From positions 1-64,000 of the forward strand of contig NW_027437450.1 of assembly GCF_964204645.1 (NCBI RefSeq): 64,000 nt of DNA. Reading direction: 5' to 3'. The notes beneath the pieces are model-generated. The model searched no databases, was not told the origin of the DNA, and saw nothing but the letters and a program-made list of their open reading frames with translations. Below are positions 50,346-64,000 of the stretch, piece by piece. The stretch comes from Tubulanus polymorphus (Eukaryota; Animalia; Nemertea). The number at the start of each line of letters is the position of its first letter. Within the stretch, counting starts at the first letter, position 1. Made by a program: the position numbers and the translations under genes.

Positions 50346-53300
50346 TAGATAGCTGATGTCTGTGTCACTGAAACTGACGTCTCGTGTATTGGACAATTAA
50401 TCTAACTTAAGTATAAAGAAATCATTAAGTCTTTATCACAGCTACGATTCATTTCCTAAGATCTATTGTTAACAGCGAGTAGAGAATCAATTCTCAGAAA
50501 TCTAACACAATTTACAGCAGTTTTGTGAATGTTTATTATATTTTGCAGAATATAAATGTAAATATAAATTGAATATGAATATTCGTTGTACGAGAATTCA
50601 TTGTAAATGGTGAAATAACTTTGAAAATATCTGGATAGGTTGGAAAATGTATAAACCAGCTCTTTGCAGGGAAATACACGTCAAAAAAGCATCAGAGTTC
50701 ATTATATCTAACCACATATGCTACGAGGCAGTGTTTCTGTGGTGGCGCGTTCACGCGACGTCATTTAGACCGGATTGAATTTGGTCCGGTCCAATTTAGA
50801 CCGGGCCAAGCAATCACACGGGCAAAAAGTACCCAAAACAGTACGGTGGCTAGCATCTGTAAACTGGTTTATTAAAAAATCGAACGTATACCACGATTCC
50901 AAATAGTACTACGAGAAAAACGATGTGTTCTCCAGAACCGATAGGTCATAATGCGGATTAATGGCCACAAGGACCTTTGGCTAGACATATACCAGACTGA
51001 CCTAATCTAGATAACCGTTTAAATTGGTTTGAGGTTGTTTGGAGGACACACCACGGTCATTTGATGGGCTGTTGAGTCTTTGGCCGTGAATAACCGTTGG
51101 AAGGTTTTTTTTAGCGTAGTTTAAATTATAATTAATTATAAGAAGCATTCGATTCTAACTTCAATATTCTGACGAATATATTCCACATGAATGAATCGGA
51201 GAGACCTTAGAAAGTTTGAATGTAGCAGAATTCACATCTGTAGGTATAAAGTCCGTAGTCCTACTTACGTTGATACGAAAAAAAAAACGATAAAACAATG
51301 ACTCGCTGGAGCATATACAACGGGTCGAACCTTTCGAGTGCCAAGCCAAACTGTGTAGTTTCAGCTGGAGGGTACTGAGAGTGCTCTCCCAGTAATTTAC
51401 GTCTGTTGACATATTGGGTCGGAAACAGATGAAATTCTTTTTTTTTCATCAAATCGCCTTTCCCCAGAAAACTTTTCCGCCCTTTCCTGCAATTTGACCT
51501 CATCGCACCAATGAGTTTTTAAGATTTCGATTGGTCTTTACCCGATTCCGGAAATCTCTTCTGACGCGTTTGATTTGACTAGACTATAACATCTCAATCC
51601 GGAATGGTAGAATCTGTAAACCTGACCTCGTCGACCGGTGGAGCGTTTGTCAGGTTTCGGTTGGTCTTTACCGATTCCAGAATGTAATCTTGATATATGC
51701 GGGCCGGTAGAGAATTTGTAATCCGCGAATTACTAGGCCCCTATTTGTAAAACGAATACGTTCGATCAAAACCTGCTTTTATGGGTGAATAATACAATAC
51801 AGTGAATAATACACTATCTAATGCTTGATGTGGTTATATGATTAGGATAATCCAATTAGCCAGAATGTTTAGTTTAATTGCTGTCAATGTCAATTCATAC
51901 TTTCAACAAGGACAACAACTCACCGTTTAATTCAGTTAAAACGGTTAAGTAAGGGTTATATGATAATAATGCATGATAATAAAAATGATATTGTATAATG
52001 AATTTCTTTCCTAGGTAGTACAAAACAAAAATACAGTCATTGTTATTACATAAAAGAAAACGAAAAAGAAATATAGCTGCAAAGCAGCGATTATGGGTTT
52101 TCGGCAGAAAAGCACGAGATGCATTTGAACCGATGATTAGAAATTGAAAAAAAAATAAATTGGCGGGCATTCGAACATGACACAACTGAAGAAAATGTAA
52201 AGATTCAGCAATCCTCGAAGCAACCCTCTTCTTGCGTATCATCGGGTAGAATGGATGTTCCATCACCGTAGGTATGCGGGAGTACAGGATACCTGAAGGG
52301 ACATGCTGATTGCTAGTTGTCGATGCGAGTTGCGGTACTAGATTTCCGCCGGTGTTTGTCGTCTGACAAATAGTAATTTTAGGTTTGGAATATGATGGAC
52401 AGTACATACACAAGAATCTGTTCAGTTCAGAATGACTGTTATAATTCTACCAGGATACAACATTTAGAAACAGTTAGTTGTCGAATCTGATAGATGAATT
52501 TCATGTACGAAAAATGCGGAAAATGAATGATAATAATAATAATCAACAGAATTACAAAAACTAATTACTTCGATACTGAAAAAGCGTAGGAAAGAAAACA
52601 GGACAAAATGAGATCCCGAGGGGTATATTTTAAGAAAAAGCCAATGCCCTGGTGGAATGAGAATTGGACAGGAAAAACAATTTTGGGATTGAAATTGATA
52701 GCATTTCACTTAAACCGCATAAACATCGCCAAAAAGACACGAACCAAGATGATGTGAACGTAGAGAGGGGGTATGACGATATGAATTTCAATTTTGTAAT
52801 ATGTTTTTATAGAATATTGATTTCGACACCAAAATCGCTGACGTTGCAGAATAAAAGATAGAATATATTTTTTTGCACTGAACTCACTGAAAAATACACG
52901 AATGAAGATTAGTCGAATGTTGAAAGGGGGTATGACGATAGGGATTTCAATTTTGTAACATATTTCTATAGAACATTGATTTCGACATCAAAATCGTTGA
53001 CGTTGCACAATATATGAAATAGCATATATTTTTGCAGCGAACTTCGATATTTTATCAACTGCTCTGCTTGGGATTCGAATTCTCGTAATTAACAATGGTA
53101 AAAACTCTTTGAAGCTATATTTGGTTACCGGTCGACTAGGTCTTTGACGAAATAACGTTATTATATTTGCACCCAAACAGTCTGTTAAAATACGCAACGT
53201 TATTTACAGACGGCCTATTTTGTATATAACCACAAGCATCAGATGCGCAGACGACATCGAACACACAGCGACGTGAACAGTCATCAAACCGTAAGTAATG

Positions 53301-55128
53301 TATTCGGGGGGAAAAGTTTGCAGACAATTGTTCAAGCGAATGATTTGGTTGGATTCGTTTCTTTCGGTGACTTCGTGTTTCCAATGAAGACCACAACAAT
53401 ATTCCAACACGATAACCGTTTTTGCGCATATTAGGGCTTTTCTAGAACCTGGGCACTGTTTTGGGTTCGTCACAAAGAACAATTGTGAATGAGTTAGGGA
53501 GCATCTCAGCATTTCGATCGTTTTTTCAAGTACTCGTCAAAGGGGACGGGGGAGGGGGTTAAGGCCAACCCCGGTATGATCACGACTACCGATCGTAACT
53601 ATGGGATTCGAACATTAACATTCGAACATCAAAAAAGACGTTTGTTTGAGAAAACATGCACCCGTTACGGGAAATTTGTTCATAAAATCTCTTAGAGTTT
53701 AGGTTTTGACAATTTTTTTTCCATAATTTTTCTATTCAATTTTCAATAAAAGTTGTGATCAAAATACATTCCTGACAACTTATCAGTGTCTAATCAATGG
53801 GTCGGTCGAGGGGTAAAACAAAAGTAATAAATTATTTTAATTGACACAACTATTGAAATTTTGAGACGCTGCCTTGTCGATTGGTTCGCGCGCGATGGAC
53901 GGGGTCACTGGAGACTGGGATTGGCTACGAATTTCGTGACTCTGATATTCACGGATCCAGCCCTTTTGTGTGCGAAAATTGTATTTAATTACTGGGTCGA
54001 TCGGTGACGTCTAATTCATTAACTGTTATAAGGGTAAATATCATTATGGAGAAAAGTGGGGCCGTATTAAGGAAGTACCGAGCTTCTTTTTTTGGGGGGG
54101 GGGGGGGGTGGTGGGGTTCAGTTTCAAAAAGTGTGGTTTTTCACCACGAATAAATGTCACTTTCCTATTGAAGAACCAAGGAGAGGTCTTTGATATGATT
54201 TTTTGGGTACTCGAATAAATCATTTGACAATGGATTGATTTTCATTTTCCAAAATAAAACATGAAAATTGTATCCACTCGACGAAAAAGATCTTGACCCG
54301 AATTTTTTTACACTGACTTTTTGAAGGGGACTTTTGAAGGGGAATTTTAGGGGGGTCGTTCGCTACCCCTGTACCCCTCGGTACGGGCCCGATACACGAA
54401 ACACCCGTGTTACGAGTACTTCGGGAAAACGGTATTTTCTATACGTGTGAACCATCCTCGTTTGCCAGGGTTTGATTGCCTACCGGCTAATGGATCATTC
54501 TCTATGGCTTAAGCCAATGATATGCGTTGGTTTTCAACGGTAGATTCGGTACGCATCCATAATTGGCTAGTATATGGACTGGTGGCCGCTAAGCGGCAAC
54601 CTGTCCGTCCAAGAAACTTGGGCAATCTAATAAGCAATGCGTGTGAACTACGTGCAGGCGATAGGCTTAGCGGGCGCTTCGAGTGTTTCTGGCTAGCAAG
54701 AGCGCACTTTTAATGACAATAACGGTTAATGCATATCCCAGTTACATTTTGGTTATTAATAAATGCCAAAACATTGGTACCTGCAGCGAGTGAGGTTGAC
54801 ATCTACTTCGCCCATTTCACTTTTTTTATGTGACAATCGATTGATTGATCCGACCGACGAATTTCAGTGGTTTAAGACATCGGAAAACTTATGAAATATC
54901 CAAACGTCTTATTTTACAATATTTCGTACTATAATTCGTGAACAAAACATTATTATCCTTGTAAAATATCGAAATCACCTTTGCGGCCGGTCACATGCGT
55001 ATTCATCATAAGAATCGGTCCTTAAACAGGGTGAATGCAGGTTGCCGTAGAATTCGCCAGGTATTTTCTTTATGATTCATATAGGTGTCATTTGATTCAC
55101 TAGAAAGTTACTGAACGCTATCACCACG

Positions 55129-56040
55129 ATGAAGACGATCATTGCATTATTATGTAAGAATCCGTTATAATATTGTAATTCCATGAGTAACTCACGACTT
55201 TTGCACGATATACAATGGATGGATTTTCCCTAATTTTATGTATGTTTTTCAAGTCGTAGCGGTTGTTGGTGTCGCATTTGCGCGTTACACGGCCGAACAG
55301 TACCAAACAATGTGTAGTCAACATTGCGATGGAGAATCGGGAATGGCGGACCCGACTGAGAGAGCAAGGCTTTTACCAATTTGTAAAAGGTAAGTTAAAT
55401 TTTCTAGTCATCAGTAAAATATTCTTGCCGTATAAACGCTCAGCGTGTTCATCCTACGAGAACAACATACCCTCGCTTGCCAGGGTTTGGTTGCCGCCCG
55501 CTGAATTTCAAGCAAACCTTTCATTCGTCGATTCGGGCATGGTTTGTGTTGGTATGAGATTCGGCGGGCGGCAACCAAACCCTGGCAAGCGAGGGTATGT
55601 TGTGTATAGATCCACTAGCAAAATAATGTCCAGATATCGTTTGGAATCTCGTCCAGGTTCACAAAATTACGTCACTGAAAAACAATTGTTTGTGCCTAGT
55701 TCTGCCGCTAGGTGGCGAATGGGGCCATTCAAGTTTCATCGAGATCCACACACCATAAACGAAGCTAAGCATCCGAAGGACAGACACAGACGACGAACGA
55801 TACCGAGAACCAATAACGCGTCTTTTGATATCTAGCTCTAGCTTAAACCTATATTTGGGGGGAGGGACACAAGCTGTAGAGGATGTTTGAATGATAGAGA
55901 TAACTAATCTTTGCATTTTCATTTTCAGACGTTGTGAGATTACCGCAATGTGTTTAAGATCAAAGTGCGGCGGATCGATTCAATCTGTGGAGAATATGTG
56001 TTTTGTGAACTGCCAGCGTGCTGCTGCGCAAGCTTGTTAA
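55129..56040 (+). CDS. Secreted Cys-rich protein, divergent type A copy 4 (90 aa); join(55129..55153,55254..55389,55929..56040)
   Basis: MKTIIALLFVAVVGVAFA-RYTAEQYQTMCSQHCDGESGMADPTERARLLPICKRRCEITAMCLRSKCGGSIQSVENMCFVNCQRAAAQAC*. One-codon in-frame deletion in exon 2; ends on the ninth Cys; AATAAA at ~56053. Confidence 0.88.
55462..55603. mobile_element. Foldback MITE with ~40-bp perfect inverted ends in the second coding intron of A4
   Basis: acaacataccctcgcttgccagggtttggttgccgcccgc and its exact reverse complement. Other A copies keep only the right arm (e.g. ~5055-5093). The related end motif cctcgcttgccagggtttg occurs at ~4125, 20273, 40341, 45528, 54455 and 61215. Confidence 0.75.
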
Positions 56041-57092
56041 ATGGCTTCGTGAATAAACGTATTCTGCAAATCTAACACAATTGACAGCCTGTTTCTCGTA
56101 TATTTTGACTAGGGATGAATTTATGTTTTGTACTCCAACAGTAATTCGGAATGTTAGGAATGAATTGTTTCATCTGCCCGAAGTTGAGGGCTCCGCTGGG
56201 TCCGCATGGTTGGATTTTCTTTCACCAATATCAAACACGCTGATATACTTACCTTTAACTCCGGGTTAAAAGGTAAAAAACAAAACATAACAACATAACC
56301 TTGTACTTACGTTTTAAGTTTGACAATTGCATACGATCAATGATAGGTTTACCTATACCTAAAGGAATTCTCAACTCAACAGTTGTTATTTTGTGTAGTT
56401 GTTATTAGTGGAAAAGTGTTTCTTTTTTTACAAACTGATAGAATATGGTTCTTGGTCGCTCCAAACAATTTTCAGCTTCATTCCAAAGTATCGTACTGGT
56501 TTACTGATTTACAAGTGCGACTGAGCCAGAATTGTTCGCAATGAAGATACTCTAATTTACACTTGTCGCTGATTTGACTAGGATGACACAACTTCACGCC
56601 AGACATGACACAAAAATAACATTGTTAAAATACTCAAAGGGTTTTTCTAAATATTTTTGGCATGCTTCCGGAAAGAAATCCCCCGGAAATCCGATCCCCG
56701 ACCAGAAATATTCCCGAAATAAATCCGACGGAAATTTCCGGCACGATTCCGGAGAATCTTCTGTAAGTTACTGACTTTCTGTTCTGCGTAATTTCTGGAC
56801 ATGAATGACACGAAGAAACCGAGCCTTTACTTGGGAATTGGTCTGAAATGCTCGACGGTCTGACAACGTCAATATTGTACGCCCCCTGGTGAACAGGTAT
56901 GTAATCAATGAGCTAAACTCGCCAGAAACATATTGCTTTGAGATGGAATATGCTTATAGAATACGCATTTTTTTCCAAAATCAGAAACACATTTCGAAAT
57001 CTACCTTCGTAATCAAACCAACACCAAAATACGGAAACTTCCCTATTGGGAAAAAGAAATATCGGACGCATTTAAATTGCCCTGCGTGATGG

Positions 57093-57628
57093 TTATTTAA
57101 CTGGATTTCTACAGCGGATTTTCATACAGAAATATTCACGAATTTCTCGTCCCAGTAAAAGATATATGTAGAAATTGACCGCGAAGTTGCCGACTAAAAA
57201 CTGCATGAATATGTCGTGTAGGAAATCTCTCTGTTTCGGCGAAATTTGTAACAGCGAAATAACTGCTGATGGAAGTAACAATATCGCAAACGCGAGCGAA
57301 ACTGTTATCAGCATTATTGTCGTACGTTTTGATATTGTAGTTTCCTGATCGGACGAAACCATTTTTGAACCTCTGAATAACTGAACTGTTGTAACCGAAA
57401 TTGATGTTAGAATGAAAGATAACGGTACGATATGAATGTGAACGACAGTTACAGTGAAAACGATCATTTATTAGTTGAGTTCGTAGATCCGATGAACCTG
57501 TCGGAAACGTACATCGACAAAATAGGCGTGAGGTATAGGGCCATCAGTATATTCACTGCAATAATTACGAATATAATAAATCTAGCGAATCTAAGGTGTA
57601 AATATCAAACGAGATGTGAACGGCAAGA
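57093..57628 (-). pseudogene. 5'-truncated GPCR fragment (counterpart of 21..545)
   Basis: 124 aa ORF matching TM5-TM7 of the 318 aa GPCR; upstream indels; same breakpoint. Confidence 0.82.
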
Positions 57629-60600
57629 TATGATCTCTTCCCAAAATATACCCCTCACGAATTCCATTGAATAATAGTTAACCATTCAAGCTGCAGGTCC
57701 AAAAATGACGCATTTCGGTCTCAGAATGGTCATTATCCGATTTTTCTTATGATACTATGGGTCTTTAGGCGATACATATAATAATAATACTATTAATAGT
57801 AATAATAATTTATTCAGCATAAAATCCATTTTAAATATGCTCATTGGCTTTACATCATATATAAAAAGAGAACATAGAAACAGAGAAAACTAAAACGAAT
57901 TTAGTTAAAAAGCTTTCGATGAACAAATGGGTTTTGAATTAAGATTTAACATCGATTGAAGGACTAGATTCAATTGGCCTTGATGGCCGTTTACAGAGAC
58001 ATTGTAGCAATCACAACTGAAAAAAATACCGATATACAACTTAAGTTAAAACTATGGCCATTTATAGAATTATGTTACTAATTAGTAGTCATTGCGGAGC
58101 GTTTGGTTTTGGAACAATAATGAGGGGTGGTATAGGTAAGTCATGATTTACCACATGTTACTTCCGTGTTGATGAAAATCTCGCGAGAATGGCGAAACAT
58201 TGAAACCTGGCTTATCATACATATTTCTTGTACATATTCACAATTTATCCGCTATAAAGGCTCGATAAACAATTGCATGTTTACGATCAGTATGATTAGC
58301 GCTGGCGGCGATGGTTGTCCGAAACGCGATTTCACGAGAGAGTTACCGCCATCTTGTTTGCACTGCGCATGCTCCTCCCCATTCTGTTTGTAAACACAGT
58401 CCACACATGAGCACTACACTCGCTGCGTGAGCGTATCACTCTCAAAACAAAACAAATAGCACCAGAACCCGCCAACCTGGGAACCTTTTCTACGATTTTA
58501 CATCTACACGATTAAATCTATTTCTGACAGCGTTTTTGCATTTCTTATTCGTTTATCTAGTGTTTCAACATCAGCATACCGGACGACCTCCAGGTTAAGA
58601 TGGATCTTTGAACAAATGAACAATTTTGAAATAGTGATTTTTTCCCACGTATGTTATTCATTTATTTCAACTCAAAAACCTTTGTAGAATTTAATTAAAG
58701 AAATAGTCGTAAATCCTTCGAATGATCGCACGTGCGATCGCGGCCGCCCCGCTCGTGCTTGAAATGGAAAATTAGTATCTCGCACGATGATGAGTGATCG
58801 AAAATAAAAGATGAAATCTAAATCATTCGATGCTTTCAGAGAAATGCATTGGAAAATGTGGTTTGGAAATAAACTGAATGTGTTATTACCTCATTTCACA
58901 TGTTGCCTCCCTCCTGGACGTATTAACTACGCTAAACTATGATCGTTGTGACCTTTGTGCTGGCCACAAATGCACACACATCACACTACACTACCCATTC
59001 GACACCCAACTACCCACAGCTTTGATATAACCATCCTATTATCTAGTGTGTTTCTCCCTGAGCTCAATTGAACTAGGTATAACAGAGTACTGAGGCAGAG
59101 TACACATCTACATATGAACCATTGAGGAAACTTGATCGTTGCAACTTCGAAATTTCCCTTGAAAACTTATAAATGTATGAAAAGTCCAGATTTCTGGGAG
59201 CAACGTGGCCAACAGAAATGCATCGTCAAGTTCGCGTCGATTTAACGTGACATTTAACATACTATATTCGAAGAATGTATTGATTCGTGTTATCGCATTT
59301 ATGATATCATATTACGGCTATTATTTCGTTGACAATTTAAGGAAATTTATCGCAGATCAACTGTATCAACTGGTCCTATATATAAACTGAATATCAAGAC
59401 AATCCACCAAAGCGTCTACAAAACTTCCCAAATTGACTGGATTCCGTCTACAGATGAACGAACAGTAACGAAAAGTGAACGCAATTTCCCGCTTGGACTT
59501 AAGTCCCTAATGGACTAAAAAGCGATGTATTTAATTTTGAACTCCTTCCACCCTCTTCGCTCGCATCTCCCCTTTAAACAACATAAAGATCGCCAAAAAC
59601 ACACGAATGAAGATTAGTCGAATGTTGAAAGAAGGTATGACGATAGGGATTTCAATTTTGTAACATATTTCTATAGAACATTGATTTCAACATCAAAATC
59701 GTTGACGTTGCACAATATGAAATAGCATATTATATTCTTGCACCGATTTTCGATATTTCATCACCTGCTCTGCTTGGGATTCGAATTCTCGGAATTAACA
59801 ATGGTAAAAACTCTCGGAAGCTATATTTGATTACCGGGTCTCGGTCGACTAGGTCTTTGATGAAATAACGTTATTATATTTGCACCCAAACAGTCTGTTA
59901 AAATACGCAACGTTATTTACAGACGGTTTATTTTGTATATAACCACAAGCATCAGAGGCGCAGACGACATCGAACACACAGCGACGTGAACAGTCATCAA
60001 ACCGTAAGTAATGTATTCGGGAGAAAAAGTTTGCAGAGAATTGTTCAAGCGAATGATTTTGTTTGATTCATTTCTTTCGGGGATTTCGTGTGTCCAATGA
60101 AGACCACAACAATATTCCAAGATCATAACCGTTCTTTTTGCACATATTAAAGCTTTTCTAGAATCTGGGCACTGTTGGGCTCGTCACAAAAATAATTGTG
60201 AATGATTTAGAGAGCATTTCAACATTTCGATAGTTCTTTTTTAAATTAGAATAACTCGCGGAGGGGGTTAGGATCGGGGGGGGGGGGGGGTGGGGTTAAG
60301 GTTTACCGCGTTATGATCACGACTACCGAATATCGATCATTACTATATGTTTTGAGTATTAATCAAAAAGCTGCTTGTTCGGAAAAACATGCACTCTTTG
60401 TAAGCTCTTTGTTCACTTTGTAAAACATGCACTCATTACGAGAAATTTGTAGAGGCGTTTTTGTTTATTAAGTCTGATGAGTTTAAAAGCTTTTAACAGA
60501 TTTCTTTCATGATTTTTCAATTAATAGTTGTGATCAAGATACATTCGTCAGAGCTTCTCTTTGAATGTGGTCTTGGGCATGTGTCCGATCAAAGTGGGTT

Positions 60601-61807
60601 GGGGGTAAAAATAATAAGACAGTTATTCTAATTGATACGTCAAATATTGAAATCTTGAGAGACTGCCATAGTCGATTGGGTTGGTGCGCGAGCTTAGACG
60701 GGGGGGGGGGGGGGTCACTGGAGACTGGGATTGGCTACGAATGTCGTGGTTGTGATATTCACGGAGCCTCCCCTGTTGCGTGAAATCATCGATATGTGGT
60801 CGGTGAGATCGAATTCAGTAACTGATTTGGGAAAATACCATTATGTAGAAAAAGAAGGACCGTTTTGAGGCCGCGCCGAGCTTTATTGAGGGGGAGTTCT
60901 ATTTCAAGAAAAAAGGCACTTTTTCACCAGGAAAAATAACACTTTCCTTAATACCATAAGCGGGGATCTTGAAACGATTTTCTGAGTACGAATAAATCAT
61001 TTGTGAATGGATTCTTTTCATTTTTTTTTTTCATTTTCCAAAATAAAACGAAAATTGTAAACACATTTTGACGAAAAAGATCTTGACCCGAATTTTTTTT
61101 CACACTGACTTTTGAAGGGCACTATGAAAATTTTAGGGTTCGTTCACTACCACTGAACACCCTCGATACACGGGAAACACCCTTAACACGGTCTCTTCTC
61201 TACGTCTGAACCATCCTCGCTTGCCAGGGTTTGATTGCCTCACGGCTAAGGGGCCACCAGTATTGAATTAACCCAATGATATGCGATGGTTTTCACCGGC
61301 AGATTCCCTACGCATCCCTGATTGGGTACATAGACTGGTGGCCGCTTAGCGGTTCGACGGTTCCTGGCTGGCAAGAGCGCACTTTTAATAACAATAACGA
61401 TTTCACGCGGGGACAATACATATCTCAATTATCTGTCGGTTATTGATAAATGCCAAAACACCGAAGTGGTACCTGCAGCGAGTGAGGGTGACATCTGACG
61501 CCCATTTTATTTTTTTCATATGATAGATTATTCAATGATTCGACTGGCGTGTTTCAGTGGATTTAAGCATCGGAAAACGAATGAAATATCCAAACGTTTG
61601 ATTTTACAATATTTTGTATTTAAGAACATCATTATCATTATTAAGTATCTTAATCGCCTTTGCGGCCGATCACATGTGCGTTCATCATAGGAATCGGGCC
61701 TTAAACAGGGTGAATATAGGTTGCCGTAGAATTCGCCAGTTAATTTCTTAATGATTCATATAGGTATCATTTGATTTAGTGAAAAGTTACTGAACGCTAT
61801 CACCACG

Positions 61808-62656
61808 ATGAAGTCGATCATTGCGTTATTATGTAAGTAATTCGTTATAATACTGTAATTCCATGAGTAACTCACGACTTTTTCACGATATACAATGGAG
61901 GGATTTTCCCTAATTTAATGTATGTTTTTCAAGTCGTAGCGGTTGTTGGTGTCGCATTTGCGCGTTACACGGTCGAACAGTACCAGACAATGTGTAGTCA
62001 ACATTGCGATCAACAATCGGGAAGGGTCACCGACCTGACTGAGAGAGCAAAGCTTTTACAAACTTGTAAAAGGTAAGTTAAATTTTCTAGTGATCAGTAG
62101 AATATTCTTGCCGTATAATCACTCAGCGTGTTCATCCTACGTGCGCGGGCGGCAACCAAACCCCGGCAAGCGAGGGTATGTTGTACCTAGAGGTACGTAT
62201 AGATCCAATAGCTAAATGATGTCCAGATATCGTTTTGAATCTCGTCCAGGTTCAGTAGGTCATTTTCACAAAATCACGTCACTGAAAAAAAAATTGTAAG
62301 TGCTTAGTTCTGCCGCTAGGTGGCGAATTGGGGCCATTCAAGTTTCATCGAGATCCACACACCATAAACGAAGCTAAGCATCCGAAGGACAGACAGACGG
62401 ACGAACGATACCGAGAACCAATAACGCGTCTTTTGATATCTAGCTCTAGCTTAAACCTATATTTGGGGGAGGGACACAAGTTGTAGAGGATGTTTGAATG
62501 AAAGAGATAACTAATCTTTGCATTTTCATTTTCAGCCATTGTGAGATTACCGCAATGTGTTTAAGATCAAAATGCGGCGGATCGATTCAATCTGCAGAGG
62601 ATGTGTGTTTTGTGAACTGCCAGCGTGCTGCTGCGCAAGCTTGCATGACTTCGTAA
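61808..62656 (+). CDS. Secreted Cys-rich protein, type A copy 5 (94 aa); join(61808..61832,61934..62072,62536..62656)
   Basis: Intact: ...CSQHCDQQSGRVTDLTERAKLLQTCKSHCEITAMCLRSKCGGSIQSAEDVCFVNCQRAAAQACMTS*. Confidence 0.9.
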
Positions 62657-64000
62657 ATAAACGTATTCTGCAAATCTATCACAATTGACAGCCTGTTTCT
62701 CGTATATTTTGACTAGGGATGAATTTATGTTTTGAAATCCTCCAACAGTAGTTTGGAATGTTAGGAGTGAGATGTTTCATCTGCCCGAAGCAGCCGAGGG
62801 CTCTGCTTCGTTGGCTGCCGGGTTGCTCCATATCGATAGAAAAATTGGATCGGTTGTCATTTTAACAAAAATCGACTGCTCGGCTGTTTTGCATTCTCGT
62901 GTTTAACATTTTCCAGGCGCCATGTTTTTTTTGCTACCCGCTGGGTCCGAATGGTTGGATTTTCTTTCATATACCAATATCAAACACGCCGATATTCTTA
63001 CCTTTAACTCCGGTTTAAAAGGTAAAAAACAACAACAACATAACCTTGTACTTACGTTAAAGTTTGACAATTGCATGCGATCAATAATAGTTTTACCTGT
63101 ACCTAAAGAAATTCTCAACTCAACAGTTGTTATTTTCACGATTAGTGTAAAAATATTTTTTTTACAAACTGATAGAATAAGGTTCCTGATCACTCCAGAC
63201 AATTTTCAACTACATTCCAAAGTTATCGTACTGGTTTACTGATTTACAAGTGCGACTGAGCCAGAATTGTTCGCAATAAAGATACTCTAATTTACACTTG
63301 CTGTGGATTCGACTAGGATGACACAACTTCACGCGAGACATGACACAAAAAAACATTGTTAAAAAAAGCTCAAAACGTTTTTCAGAATGTTTTTCGGCGT
63401 GCTTTTGATTAAGAATATCTATTGCATTTTGCAAAACGACCCGGCCGCTTAGGAGAAACAATGTATCATTTTCTAAGCCTAATGGTACGACTATGCTGGA
63501 GATATGCGAAATTGAAAGTATTTCGCTATTCCTCATAAAGAATGTCGGTCTTCGAGATGAGTTGAATGTTATGAGGAGAGGATGACGATAGGGATTTCAA
63601 TTTTGTAATATGTACGGTTTGATAAGATATTGATTTCAATATTTCATTCGGTTTTGTTTTTTAGAATATGAAATTAAGTATATTTTCCGATGAAGTTTCA
63701 TTTTCGCCACCTGCCCTGCTGATGATTCATATTTCCGTACTTTCTTTTGAAAGTGGTATTTGATTACCAGATCGGTGGGTACGTTCTCCGGAGAGAGTAT
63801 ATTATTGATTTACACTCTAGCAGTCATCAGAGGCGCAGACGACAGCGAACATACAGAACTTTGTACGTCCAGTAAAGTCTGTGGTTTAGCTACACGATCA
63901 GGTATTTTCACAAACACAAGACCGTCAGATTATAAAAGCTTACCACCAACGATTGGGTAACTATCTAATGTTTTCGGAGGTTGAGGCTAGAAATATTTTC

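Noticed and set aside
51161-52413. Minus-strand ORFs of 80-172 aa
   Set aside because: Some stretches look coding-like, but I could not build a consistent exon chain or recognise a domain; left unannotated.
55263-55835. 190 aa ORF
   Set aside because: Off-frame reading of A4 exon 2 plus the MITE-containing intron; not open in the other copies.

Overview
AT-rich, spliceosomal-intron-containing animal DNA. A marine invertebrate/lophotrochozoan source is my guess from gene content only; the sequence does not prove it. The window is a mosaic of recent segmental duplications (roughly 1-13 kb, 14-28 kb, 34-45 kb, 53-57 kb and 57-64 kb). The main result is not visible in the ORF track. Manual splicing reconstructs nine intact, same-strand copies of a small gene with three coding exons (and probably a 5'-UTR exon), encoding 90-94 aa secreted proteins. 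They have a signal peptide (18 aa; 16 aa in B2) and the cysteine frame C-x3-C-x18/19-C-x3-C-x5-C-x4-C-x10/12-C-x3-C, with a ninth Cys in subfamily A. There are 5 type A, 3 type B and 1 type C copies. Substitutions are mostly non-synonymous, concentrate in the mature region, and are shuffled between copies. These genes are interleaved and co-duplicated with intronless rhodopsin-class (peptide-receptor-like) GPCRs: 4 intact, 1 frameshifted and 4 identically 5'-truncated fragments, with divergence concentrated in extracellular/pocket segments. There are also two disrupted copies of a secreted FAD-dependent polyamine oxidase. Smaller features are several MITE-like elements, microsatellites and minisatellites, a ~300 bp foldback centred on (AT)n, and an orphan acidic terminal exon. 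The function of the peptide family (toxin/defence versus pheromone/recognition ligand) is an open hypothesis.
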